Of a stretch of DNA of 64,000 nt, positions 57,232 to 64,000 are shown in pieces. Made by a program: the position numbers and the translations under genes. The stretch's first letter is position 1; every line of letters starts with the position of its first letter. Source of the DNA: a virus (Duplodnaviria; Caudoviricetes). Below the pieces are notes generated by a model. It did no database searches. It was not told the DNA's origin and was given only the letters and a program-made list of their open reading frames with translations. The stretch spans positions 25,469 through 89,468 of IMG/VR virus record IMGVR_UViG_3300049137_000091. One strand, written 5' to 3'.

Positions 57232-57268
57232 ATGAATTGATTAAATCATTGGCGCAAGACGGCGGCAA
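57232..57268 (-). promoter_or_regulatory. conserved phage promoter/operator, copy 12
   Basis: TTGCCG-N17-TTTAAT; ATGATTTAATCAATTCAT. Confidence 0.8.
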
Positions 57269-57333
57269 CCCCCGGGCACGAGAAAGCCCCGGCGCCGGGG
57301 GCGTCGGGGCTCGGGTCGTTCGGTGGCGCGGGG

Positions 57334-57471
57334 TCAGCGGCCGGCGGCCGTGCAGGCGTCGCAGACGCCGCCCGACCAGTCCTCGAACCAGCCGCCGCAG
57401 CGGGAGCACTGGCCTTTGTAGGCCAGTGCTCCCGCGCGGGTGATGCGTCGAAGGACGTACAGAACCTCCAC
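57334..57471 (-). CDS. 45-aa Cys peptide (not in the ORF track)
   Basis: MEVLYVLRRITRAGALAYKGQCSRCGGWFEDWSGGVCDACTAAGR; GAGGAA RBS. Confidence 0.6.
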   Translation of the reverse strand: MEVLYVLRRITRAGALAYKGQCSRCGGWFEDWSGGVCDACTAAGR

Positions 57472-57567
57472 GATCTTCCTCGATTCCTTGGTCTGTGGTC
57501 GTGAGACCGAACCGCCTCGAAGGGTCCGGGGACGACGGCGTGCGCCGGCCCCGGACCCGGGCGAGGA

Positions 57568-57819
57568 TCAGTCGTCGGTGTCGTGACGCCAGGAACTGGT
57601 CGGCCAGTCGGCCCAGGCGACGTGGCCTGCCCGGCGGGCCGCTTCCGCGTCCTCCCAGGGCGGCTCCCCGCCGTTGATGAGGGCGACGGCCATGGGGTGC
57701 CCGGCGTCCAGGTCGTCGGCGAAGACGCGCATCCCCTCGGCGACGGCGTTGAGCTGTTCGGCGGTGAGAGGCGTACGGGCCGGGGGCGGGCCGAACAGGC
57801 GGTTGAGGATCTTCTTCAC
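57568..57819 (-). CDS. hypothetical protein
   Basis: 83 aa, GTG start, between repeats. Confidence 0.6.
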   Translation of the reverse strand: MKKILNRLFGPPPARTPLTAEQLNAVAEGMRVFADDLDAGHPMAVALINGGEPPWEDAEAARRAGHVAWADWPTSSWRHDTDD

Positions 57820-57917
57820 GGGGTGGTTCCTTCCTTGGTCTGCGGTCGGTGAGGGCTGAGCGTCCCTCGCAGGGTCCGGGGACGACGGCGTGCGTCGGCC
57901 CCGGACCCGGGCGGGGC

Positions 57918-58127
57918 TCAGCCGGCGTGTGCCGGGAGGTAGCAGCGGCATCGGTCGCCGGGCGCGTGGTCGTGGAACAGCTCGCTCTTGGCCCGCATGT
58001 CCTGCGGCTGCTCCCCGTCCAGGACGACGACGCCGCACCGGCAGAACGTCTTGTCCAGCCACGGGTTGTAGGTGATCAACGGATGTCCCCGCTGCTCGCA
58101 CCACTCCCGCGTCTCGGGCTCAGCCAT
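57918..58127 (-). CDS. small Cys/His protein
   Basis: 69 aa; C...H...CRCG...H...CRC. Confidence 0.6.
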   Translation of the reverse strand: MAEPETREWCEQRGHPLITYNPWLDKTFCRCGVVVLDGEQPQDMRAKSELFHDHAPGDRCRCYLPAHAG

Positions 58128-58138
58128 GTCCGCGATCC

Positions 58139-58294
58139 TCACTTCTCGTCCGGGACGTGCACCCGGAAGCTGTCGGTGGCCGGGTCGGCCTTCACCTCGG
58201 CGGTGCCGCCGGCGGAGCGGATCTCGTCGGCGCGGGCGTCAGCGTTGGCCAGGCTGCCCGGGTTGCCGATGGGGTACGAAGCCACGATGGTCAC
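58139..58294 (-). CDS. 51-aa protein (not in the ORF track)
   Basis: MTIVASYPIGNPGSLANADARADEIRSAGG...; GAGGAAG RBS. Confidence 0.6.
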   Translation of the reverse strand: MTIVASYPIGNPGSLANADARADEIRSAGGTAEVKADPATDSFRVHVPDEK

Positions 58295-58387
58295 GATCTT
58301 CCTCGATTCCTTGGTCTGCGGTCGGTGAGGGCTGAGCGTCCCTCGCAGGATCCACGGACGGCGTGCGGCCGTGGACCCGGGCGGGGC

Positions 58388-58627
58388 TCAGACCTTGTAC
58401 GGCTGACCGGACGCTGCGTTGTACCAGTCGTCCCGGTCGGTCAGCGGCATTCCTTCGTCCAGATGCCCCAGCGCGGTGGCGGCGGCGAGGGCGAGGGTGG
58501 CGTGCACCTGTGCGGCGGCGATCAGACGGTCGGCCTCGCAGTGCCCCTCGTCGTTCGGGCGCAACACGCCGTCCGCTTCGGCGAGGAGCTGCTCGGCGAT
58601 GCTGTAGTGCTCGGGTCCAGAAGCCAT
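58388..58627 (-). CDS. hypothetical actinophage protein
   Basis: 79 aa; GPEHYSIAEQLL...AQVHATLALAAATA. Confidence 0.7.
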   Translation of the reverse strand: MASGPEHYSIAEQLLAEADGVLRPNDEGHCEADRLIAAAQVHATLALAAATALGHLDEGMPLTDRDDWYNAASGQPYKV

Positions 58628-58648
58628 GTTGGTCGGCTCCTCTCGGGG

Positions 58649-58993
58649 TCAGCGGGTGGTCGGCGGGGTGGCGAGCAGGTGCACCGGGCGGTCCAGGGCG
58701 TTGCGTCCCCGGAACGTCACGGTCCAGCCGTGCTCGCGCAGGGCGTCCGCGTAGGCGTCGATGCGGTACTTGCGCTCCTCGGTCACGGAGGACGGGACGA
58801 TCTCGCCCGACCTCAGCCCCGCCTGTGCGTCGTGGGTGACCAGGTAGCGGACGCGGACGGAACCGTCGTCCGTGGCGGCCAGCTCGAACCCGGGCTCGGT
58901 GCACAGGCCGTTCTTGGTGACGGCCTCGTCGCTCACGTCGGACAGGATGTCGGCGGCCTGGTCCAGAGCTTCGGAGAGGGTCATGTCGGTCAT
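58649..58993 (-). CDS. hypothetical protein
   Basis: 114 aa; leader AAGGAACCGAC. Confidence 0.6.
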   Translation of the reverse strand: MTDMTLSEALDQAADILSDVSDEAVTKNGLCTEPGFELAATDDGSVRVRYLVTHDAQAGLRSGEIVPSSVTEERKYRIDAYADALREHGWTVTFRGRNALDRPVHLLATPPTTR

Positions 58994-59028
58994 CGTGTGG
59001 TCGGTTCCTTCCAGATCGGTGGTGCGGG

Positions 59029-59202
59029 TCAGCGGGCGGTGCGGCGGCCGACGATCGCGGCGGCCAGCGCGGCGTTGGCGAGCACGGACAGGATCAGGGA
59101 GGCGACCATGCCGCCCCGGGCGTCCTGTCCGGCGAGCCGGTAGCCGAGCGCGCCGGAGGCGATGCAGCCGGCGGAGACGATGATGCCCTGCGCGCGGTTC
59201 AC
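59029..59202 (-). CDS. 57-aa two-transmembrane protein (not in the ORF track)
   Basis: MNRAQGIIVSAGCIASGALGYRLAG...LILSVLANAALAAAIVGRR; AAGGAG RBS. Confidence 0.55.
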   Translation of the reverse strand: MNRAQGIIVSAGCIASGALGYRLAGQDARGGMVASLILSVLANAALAAAIVGRRTAR

Positions 59203-59262
59203 GGGCGGGCTCCTTCCGTGGTCTGTGGTCGAACATCTGCGGCCCGGCAGTGCGCCGTTCCG

Positions 59263-59300
59263 ATGAATTAATTAAACCATAGCGGTGCAGGCATGCGCAA
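59263..59300 (-). promoter_or_regulatory. conserved phage promoter/operator, copy 13
   Basis: TTGCGC-N18-TTTAAT. Confidence 0.8.
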
Positions 59301-59339
59301 CCCCCGGCGCCCGAGGACGGCCGGGGGTGCGGGAGTCGG

Positions 59340-59630
59340 TCAGCCGGCGCAGACGCACGGCGTCTGATCTCCGACGGACCGCGTGAGGTAGAGGTCCAGG
59401 AGGCTGGCGTAGTAGTCGCGGTTCTTCTCCAGCCGGGATGTGCCCCGGCCGGCGGCCTGCGCGTCGCGCAGGTACTGCTCGCGCTCTGCGACCTCACGCC
59501 GGGTCTTGTAGATGGCCACGGCCCGGTTGTAAGCGAGGCAGTGGGTGTCCGGGGACGCGGGCTGCTGGCACAGCGGCACGCCGTCCGGCAGCTCGACGGT
59601 GTCCCCGGAGGGGAAGGTGAAGGTCTGCAC
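59340..59630 (-). CDS. hypothetical protein
   Basis: 96 aa, GTG start, GGAGG RBS. Confidence 0.6.
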   Translation of the reverse strand: MQTFTFPSGDTVELPDGVPLCQQPASPDTHCLAYNRAVAIYKTRREVAEREQYLRDAQAAGRGTSRLEKNRDYYASLLDLYLTRSVGDQTPCVCAG

Positions 59631-59687
59631 GGTCGGTCCTCCCGTGGTCGGACGGCCGGGGCCCGTCACGGCCCCGGCCGGGGTAGG

Positions 59688-59936
59688 TCAGCTCTCGAAG
59701 TTGTCAGGCAGGGAGGCCATGTGGTCGGCGGTCGCGCGGAGTCCGGTGACGGTGATGCTGTACCGGACCGCACCCATCTTGGCGGCCAGGCCGGCGGCGA
59801 CCAGCGCGTCCATCAGCTTGACGGTGCGGGCCACGGTGCCGACGTGCCAGCCGGACGTCTTCGTCCACTCGCCGCCCTGCTCGGCCAGCATCTCCAGTGC
59901 GGTGCGCTCGTCGGCGCTGAGTCCTCGGGTGCTCAT
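59688..59936 (-). CDS. small winged-helix-like protein
   Basis: 82 aa; TVKLMDALVAAGLA...YSITVTG. Confidence 0.6.
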   Translation of the reverse strand: MSTRGLSADERTALEMLAEQGGEWTKTSGWHVGTVARTVKLMDALVAAGLAAKMGAVRYSITVTGLRATADHMASLPDNFES

Positions 59937-59993
59937 CTCGGATTCCTCTCGGGTTCGGGCCGGGGCCGTGGGCGACCCCGGCCGGGGAGTCTG

Positions 59994-60413
59994 TCAGGCG
60001 TTGACGAGGACGCGAACCGGGCGCAGGGCCTGGCGCGTGACGACCGGGGCACCGGCGTTGGCCAGCAGCAGGACGCGGGCCGCCCTGTACTCGGCCTTGC
60101 GGGGCTTGTACGCCTCCGCGATGCGCAGCACCTGCGCGGTCGTGTAGTGATGGGTCCGCTGCGTCCGGCCCGCCTTGCCGTCCACGGTGCGGTGCGCCCG
60201 GGTCACCTTGACCGGCGTCACGCCGAGGCGCTTGGCGACCGTGCGCAGACCGCTGACCGTGCCCTTGACCGTCTCGGCGTCCTCGACGCCGGCGGCGATC
60301 AGGTGCGTGGCCAGGGCGCGGCCCCGGTGCAGGGACCGGGCGAAGCGGGTGGCGGCGGCGCGCTCGCGGACGGTCCGGAGGCGCTTGCGGCTGGCGGTCT
60401 GGACGTAGCTCAT
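59994..60413 (-). CDS. basic hypothetical protein
   Basis: 139 aa; leader GACCAAGGAAAGCAGGAACCGACCATG. Confidence 0.7.
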   Translation of the reverse strand: MSYVQTASRKRLRTVRERAAATRFARSLHRGRALATHLIAAGVEDAETVKGTVSGLRTVAKRLGVTPVKVTRAHRTVDGKAGRTQRTHHYTTAQVLRIAEAYKPRKAEYRAARVLLLANAGAPVVTRQALRPVRVLVNA

Positions 60414-60515
60414 GGTCGGTTCCTGCTTTCCTTGGTCTTCTGTTCTGGTCGGGACGCCGCCCAGGTCGGCCTCAACGCCCTGTGCCTGCGGTCACCCGCC
60501 CGGCGCGGCGTCCCG

Positions 60516-60552
60516 ATGAATTAATTAAACCATGTCTGGGATGACCGTGCAA
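60516..60552 (-). promoter_or_regulatory. conserved phage promoter/operator, copy 14
   Basis: TTGCAC-N17-TTTAAT. Confidence 0.8.
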
Positions 60553-60613
60553 CCCCCGAACGCGCGAAGCCCCGACCCGGTGTCGGGTCGGGGCTTCTTC
60601 GCGGGCCGTCTGG

Positions 60614-60838
60614 TCAGGCCCGGTCCACGCGGAACGCGTAGCCGGACGGGTGGGTGACGGTCGTGCCGAGCGGGGCGTCGGCGAGCCGGCCGGCGAAGGC
60701 GCGGGCCTCGCCGCGCGGCACGCTGCGGTTGTCCATCAGCACATAGGCGGCGGCGGTCTCGACTTCCCGCAGCGTGGACAGCGGCCGGTGGGCCTTCACG
60801 GTGCCGTCCGGCAGGGTCCGGGTCAGGACGAAGCTCAC
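60614..60838 (-). CDS. hypothetical protein
   Basis: 74 aa, coupled to the upstream gene. Confidence 0.55.
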   Translation of the reverse strand: MSFVLTRTLPDGTVKAHRPLSTLREVETAAAYVLMDNRSVPRGEARAFAGRLADAPLGTTVTHPSGYAFRVDRA

Positions 60839-61089
60839 CGGCCGGCCTCCGGGTCCAGGGCGCGCAACGTGGCCGCCTCGTTGATCGCCCGCACGAGCGG
60901 CGCCAGGTCCAGCTCCAGGTGCAGCGTCATCGGCTCGGTGAGCCGGGCGCGGGACATCTCGCCGCCCGCGTCCGGGGCGGCGGCCATCAGGTGGGAGTCG
61001 ATCAGCTCCCGCGCTGCCTCCAGTGCGCGCAGGGCCTCGGCGCTCGTGGCCGCCGTGAAGACGTACTGGGGCGGGTCGAATTGGGTCAT
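60835..61089 (-). CDS. hypothetical protein
   Basis: 84 aa; leader CCGACCAAGGAAGCGAGGAAG. Confidence 0.6.
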   Translation of the reverse strand: MTQFDPPQYVFTAATSAEALRALEAARELIDSHLMAAAPDAGGEMSRARLTEPMTLHLELDLAPLVRAINEAATLRALDPEAGR

Positions 61090-61124
61090 GATGCTTCCTC
61101 GCTTCCTTGGTCGGTGGTGCAGAA

Positions 61125-61361
61125 TCAGAGCTGGTCGGGCTCCAGGGACCAGCAGGTGGTGACGGGATTCTGCATCTCCATGCCGGTCGCCTCGTAGAAC
61201 TGCTCCAGGAGACTCGCGCGCAGTCGGCGGTACTCCCCGATGCGGGACCCGCCGGCGGGGACCTCCAGGATTCCGTCGTCCCCGATTCCGGCCGGGGCCC
61301 CGTTGGGGAGGTGGCCGTTCAGGACGAGCACCCAGTGGTACCTCGTCGTCTTGCCGTCCAT
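61125..61361 (-). CDS. hypothetical protein
   Basis: 78 aa; identical leader CCGACCAAGGAAGCGAGGAAGCATG. Confidence 0.6.
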   Translation of the reverse strand: MDGKTTRYHWVLVLNGHLPNGAPAGIGDDGILEVPAGGSRIGEYRRLRASLLEQFYEATGMEMQNPVTTCWSLEPDQL

Positions 61362-61393
61362 GCTTCCTCGCTTCCTTGGTCGGTGGTGCCGGG

Positions 61394-61732
61394 TCAGTCG
61401 GTCCGGCCGTAGCGCAGCCGGGTGTTGGGGCGGCGGCCGACGAACTCCTCGACGGCCGTCAGGAACGACGGGTGGGCGGGGGAGCCTCCGGCCCGGAGCG
61501 GGCCGTGCACGGGGTGCCCGTGGCCGTCGCAGGCCCCGACGTAGAACAGGCCGCTCTCGAAAGTGATGAACGCGGAACGGACGTCCCCGGTGAGCCACGC
61601 GTGCTCGGTCCACAGCGACCACCCGGGCTCCGGCTGGTCGTCGGGCATGGTGACGGCGACCGTTTCGGCGAAGCCGGACCGGCCGACGCGCTCGACCACC
61701 GCGCGGCGGCCATCGAACGGCGCGGCGCTCAC
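61394..61732 (-). CDS. hypothetical protein
   Basis: 112 aa; GTGA overlap. Confidence 0.55.
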   Translation of the reverse strand: MSAAPFDGRRAVVERVGRSGFAETVAVTMPDDQPEPGWSLWTEHAWLTGDVRSAFITFESGLFYVGACDGHGHPVHGPLRAGGSPAHPSFLTAVEEFVGRRPNTRLRYGRTD

Positions 61733-62055
61733 GGCCGGCCCTCTGTCGCGTTCAGGAAGTCGGCCAGGTCGCGGCGCATCCCGTCCCAGACGGCCAGCAT
61801 CAGTTCGGCGCCGATACGCCGCTGGACGTCCCCGGCCATCTCGGCCCGCTCCAGCCGAACGCGAATCAGCTCGGTGATGCGGGTCTCGGGCACGCCGTCC
61901 CGGCGCAGGCCGGCCAGCATGTTGACGACCCCGTTGAAGCCGACGCCGGACATCTCGCATGCGGCGTCCACGCCGAGCCGGCCGTCGGTGACGTGCCGCA
62001 GCAGCACGGCGTCGGCCGCCTCGCGGGCGTGGGTGAGGGCGGGTTGTGCGGTCAT
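61729..62055 (-). CDS. hypothetical protein
   Basis: 108 aa; leader CCGACCAAGGAAGCGAGGAAGG. Confidence 0.6.
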   Translation of the reverse strand: MTAQPALTHAREAADAVLLRHVTDGRLGVDAACEMSGVGFNGVVNMLAGLRRDGVPETRITELIRVRLERAEMAGDVQRRIGAELMLAVWDGMRRDLADFLNATEGRP

Positions 62056-62132
62056 GCCTTCCTCGCTTCCTTGGTCGGGGCCGGGTTGCCGGGCAGTGTG
62101 CACCCGGTCCGGCGTCTCGCCGAACGGGCCGG

Positions 62133-62387
62133 TCAGCGGCCCAGGTACGGGCGTGGGTCGTTCAGCTCGGCGTCGGAGAACAGCCAGGCGTCGAAGTCGT
62201 CCGGGTCCATGCGCTTCTCCAGCTCGTCCATCAGCCAGCCGCGCGTGACGGCCAGTTCGTCAGTTATCGGCAGGGCTTCGGTGAGCAGCCACGTCGTGGC
62301 CAGCTTGCCGTCGCTCAGCCGGCCCACCGCGTCCCGGGCGGCCTGCTCGGACCGTGCAGCCCGCATCCGCAGGGTGTCCGCGTCCAT
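62133..62387 (-). CDS. hypothetical protein
   Basis: 84 aa; RGWLMDELEKR...FDAWL. Confidence 0.65.
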   Translation of the reverse strand: MDADTLRMRAARSEQAARDAVGRLSDGKLATTWLLTEALPITDELAVTRGWLMDELEKRMDPDDFDAWLFSDAELNDPRPYLGR

Positions 62388-62418
62388 GTCGTTCCCGCTT
62401 CCTTGATCTGTTGTGCTG

Positions 62419-62455
62419 ATGAATTAATTAAACCATGAGAGGAGCGACCGCGCAA
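62419..62455 (-). promoter_or_regulatory. conserved phage promoter/operator, copy 15
   Basis: TTGCGC-N17-TTTAAT. Confidence 0.8.
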
Positions 62456-62518
62456 CCCCGGAACGCGGAGAAGCCCCGGATCGGTGAGTCCGGGGCTTCG
62501 TTGGGGCGGTGAGACGGG

Positions 62519-62743
62519 TCAGGCGTCTTCCCGGGTGACGACGGGGACGCCGTCGTGTTCGGCGGCCGTCCACTCGTCGCCGATCTCCAGGTAGGTGTTG
62601 TCAGACCCGTTGCACTTGTGGCACAGGGACGCGTGGACGGCCGACTCGGCCAGCCGGGCGATGACGACCGGGTCGGTCTCGTCGGTTTCCACGGTCACGC
62701 TGGCGTTGGCCCACGTGGTCACCGGCACGACGTACTTCGGCAT
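62519..62743 (-). CDS. hypothetical protein
   Basis: 74 aa; GAGGAGGAA RBS. Confidence 0.6.
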   Translation of the reverse strand: MPKYVVPVTTWANASVTVETDETDPVVIARLAESAVHASLCHKCNGSDNTYLEIGDEWTAAEHDGVPVVTREDA

Positions 62744-62769
62744 GATCGGTTCCTCCTCGGTCTGTCGGG

Positions 62770-63525
62770 TCAGGCGATCGTCTTGCCGCACTGGTCGCAG
62801 ACGTACTTGTAGACGCCCATCAGGTCGGCGCGGCGCGTGGGGACCAGGGTCTCCCGCTCCTCCCGGGTACGGGCGCAGGGCTGGCAGAACCAGAAGCTCC
62901 CGAGGGTGTACGCGACCACCTCCCTGGACGGGATGGCGCCGGCGACGCGCGCCGCGTTGGCCATGTCGTCGCCCGTCTGCGCGGTGCCGCCGCCGTTGAC
63001 CAGCAGGTAGAACCGGGCCTCGTCGGCCACGGTCGCGCACGACTTGGTCTCGGCGATCATGAACAGCGCACGGTTGGTGAAGATGCGCTGACCGGCGAGG
63101 GTGAGCCCGGTGTACCGGACGTAGGGTCCGTCGTCGGTGTCCTCGGTCGTCTCGACCTGATCGGCGGGGAACCACGACGAGGGGACGGCCAGCTCCCCGT
63201 TGAACCATCGGATCGCCGTGGTCAGCCTCTGCTTGCCGTCGATGACCGCCCAGAGCCCCCGGCCCTCGCGGTACGGGTCGTCTCCGGTGGACTGCCGCCA
63301 CAGCTCGGTACCCCGGTCGGCGAGGATGATGACGCCGGCGGGAAGGCCGCGCAGCCAGGACTCGATGAGCGCGACGCGCTGGTCTTCCGTCCAGACGCTG
63401 CCCCGCTGGTACGGCGGGTCCAGCAACGTCTGTCCGTCGAGCACAGTCCGCACGACTTCACGGGCCTGACGGGCGGACGGGTTCAAGCTGTGGTGCTCCA
63501 GCGGTGCGGCGGTCTGCCGGGTCAT
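62770..63525 (-). CDS. DUF262 (ParB/Srx-fold, GmrSD N-terminal-like) protein
   Basis: LDPPYQRGSVWTEDQRVALIESWLRGLPAG...VIDGKQRLTT. Confidence 0.85.
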   Translation of the reverse strand: MTRQTAAPLEHHSLNPSARQAREVVRTVLDGQTLLDPPYQRGSVWTEDQRVALIESWLRGLPAGVIILADRGTELWRQSTGDDPYREGRGLWAVIDGKQRLTTAIRWFNGELAVPSSWFPADQVETTEDTDDGPYVRYTGLTLAGQRIFTNRALFMIAETKSCATVADEARFYLLVNGGGTAQTGDDMANAARVAGAIPSREVVAYTLGSFWFCQPCARTREERETLVPTRRADLMGVYKYVCDQCGKTIA

Positions 63526-63551
63526 GGTCGGTTCCTCCTTGGTCGGCTGTG

Positions 63552-63589
63552 ATGGATTAACTAAATCATAGACTCGGGTGTGCGCGCAA
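63552..63589 (-). promoter_or_regulatory. conserved phage promoter/operator, copy 16 (variant)
   Basis: TTGCGC-N18-TTTAGT; ATGATTTAGTTAATCCAT. Confidence 0.75.
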
Positions 63590-63647
63590 CCCCCGGACGC
63601 GCCGGGACCCCGAACCGTAGTCGGTCCGGGGTCCCAGGCGGCGCCGG

Positions 63648-63992
63648 TCAGTCCTGGCCGACGCCGTCGCGGTCCACGATGCCGACCGGCTCGCCGCCGG
63701 TGCGCACCGAGCTGAGGCTGTTGGCGATGTCCATCAGCAGGTCACCGGTGCGGCCGGACTTCTCGTCGGGCTGGGTGTACTCGAACTCGCGGTGGCTGAT
63801 GGTGCGGATGCCGGCCAGGCGGGCACCGATGCGGCCGATGCGGTCGGTGATCCGGTTCAGCGGGTTGTCGGGGTCGTAGCGGTAGCCGTACCCGGGGGTG
63901 TCCAGGTAGTCGGCGATGCCCTTGATCCCGTAGATGCGGTGCTCCATGAACACGCCGGCGTAGTGGCGCAGGATGGCGGCGCAGCGGGCCAT
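63648..63992 (-). CDS. hypothetical protein (probably 5'-truncated by the window edge)
   Basis: frame open to the window end; stop followed by a terminator-like hairpin. Confidence 0.5.
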   Translation of the reverse strand: MARCAAILRHYAGVFMEHRIYGIKGIADYLDTPGYGYRYDPDNPLNRITDRIGRIGARLAGIRTISHREFEYTQPDEKSGRTGDLLMDIANSLSSVRTGGEPVGIVDRDGVGQD

Positions 63993-64000
63993 CTCGGGGG

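Larger units (their letters stand above)
57486..58388 (-). repeat. three ~80-bp structured intergenic direct repeats
   Basis: copies at ~57486-57563, ~57833-57916 and ~58309-58388, each a hairpin followed by a GACCAAGGAA leader. Confidence 0.8.

Noticed and set aside
57486-58388. CRISPR array
   Set aside because: Repeats are ~80 bp, spacers are gene-sized and coding, and no cas genes are present.

Overview
This window is about 64 kb of a high-GC tailed (siphovirus-type) actinophage or prophage. The host is probably Streptomyces, given WhiB, Rpf, HrdB-like promoters and U-tract-less terminators. It contains the full packaging and virion set: TerS, TerL, portal, a 2H-MuF-ART fusion, a protease-like protein, major capsid, tail tube, a frameshifted tail chaperone, tape measure, tail tip genes, holins and an amidase endolysin. 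It also carries ParA, a ParB-like partner with parS-like palindromes, and a small serine resolvase, with no integrase visible, which suggests a plasmid-like prophage. Accessory genes include an RmlB-like dehydratase, a glycosyltransferase, a secreted Rpf-NlpC/P60-LysM protein, WhiB, a DnaN-like clamp, a stand-alone FtsK-gamma domain, and YgjP-like, DUF262 and ParB-methyltransferase proteins. Sixteen copies of one promoter/operator drive cassettes of small genes, and many leaders share the motifs CCGACCAAGG or GGAACCGAC. The most striking feature is a tRNA-shaped RNA (51353-51449, minus strand). Its anticodon arm is replaced by a long stem with a 15-nt loop that is exactly antisense to both leader motifs, making it a candidate tRNA-scaffolded guide RNA for the phage's own mRNAs. 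All family assignments come from motif recognition by eye; no database searches were run.
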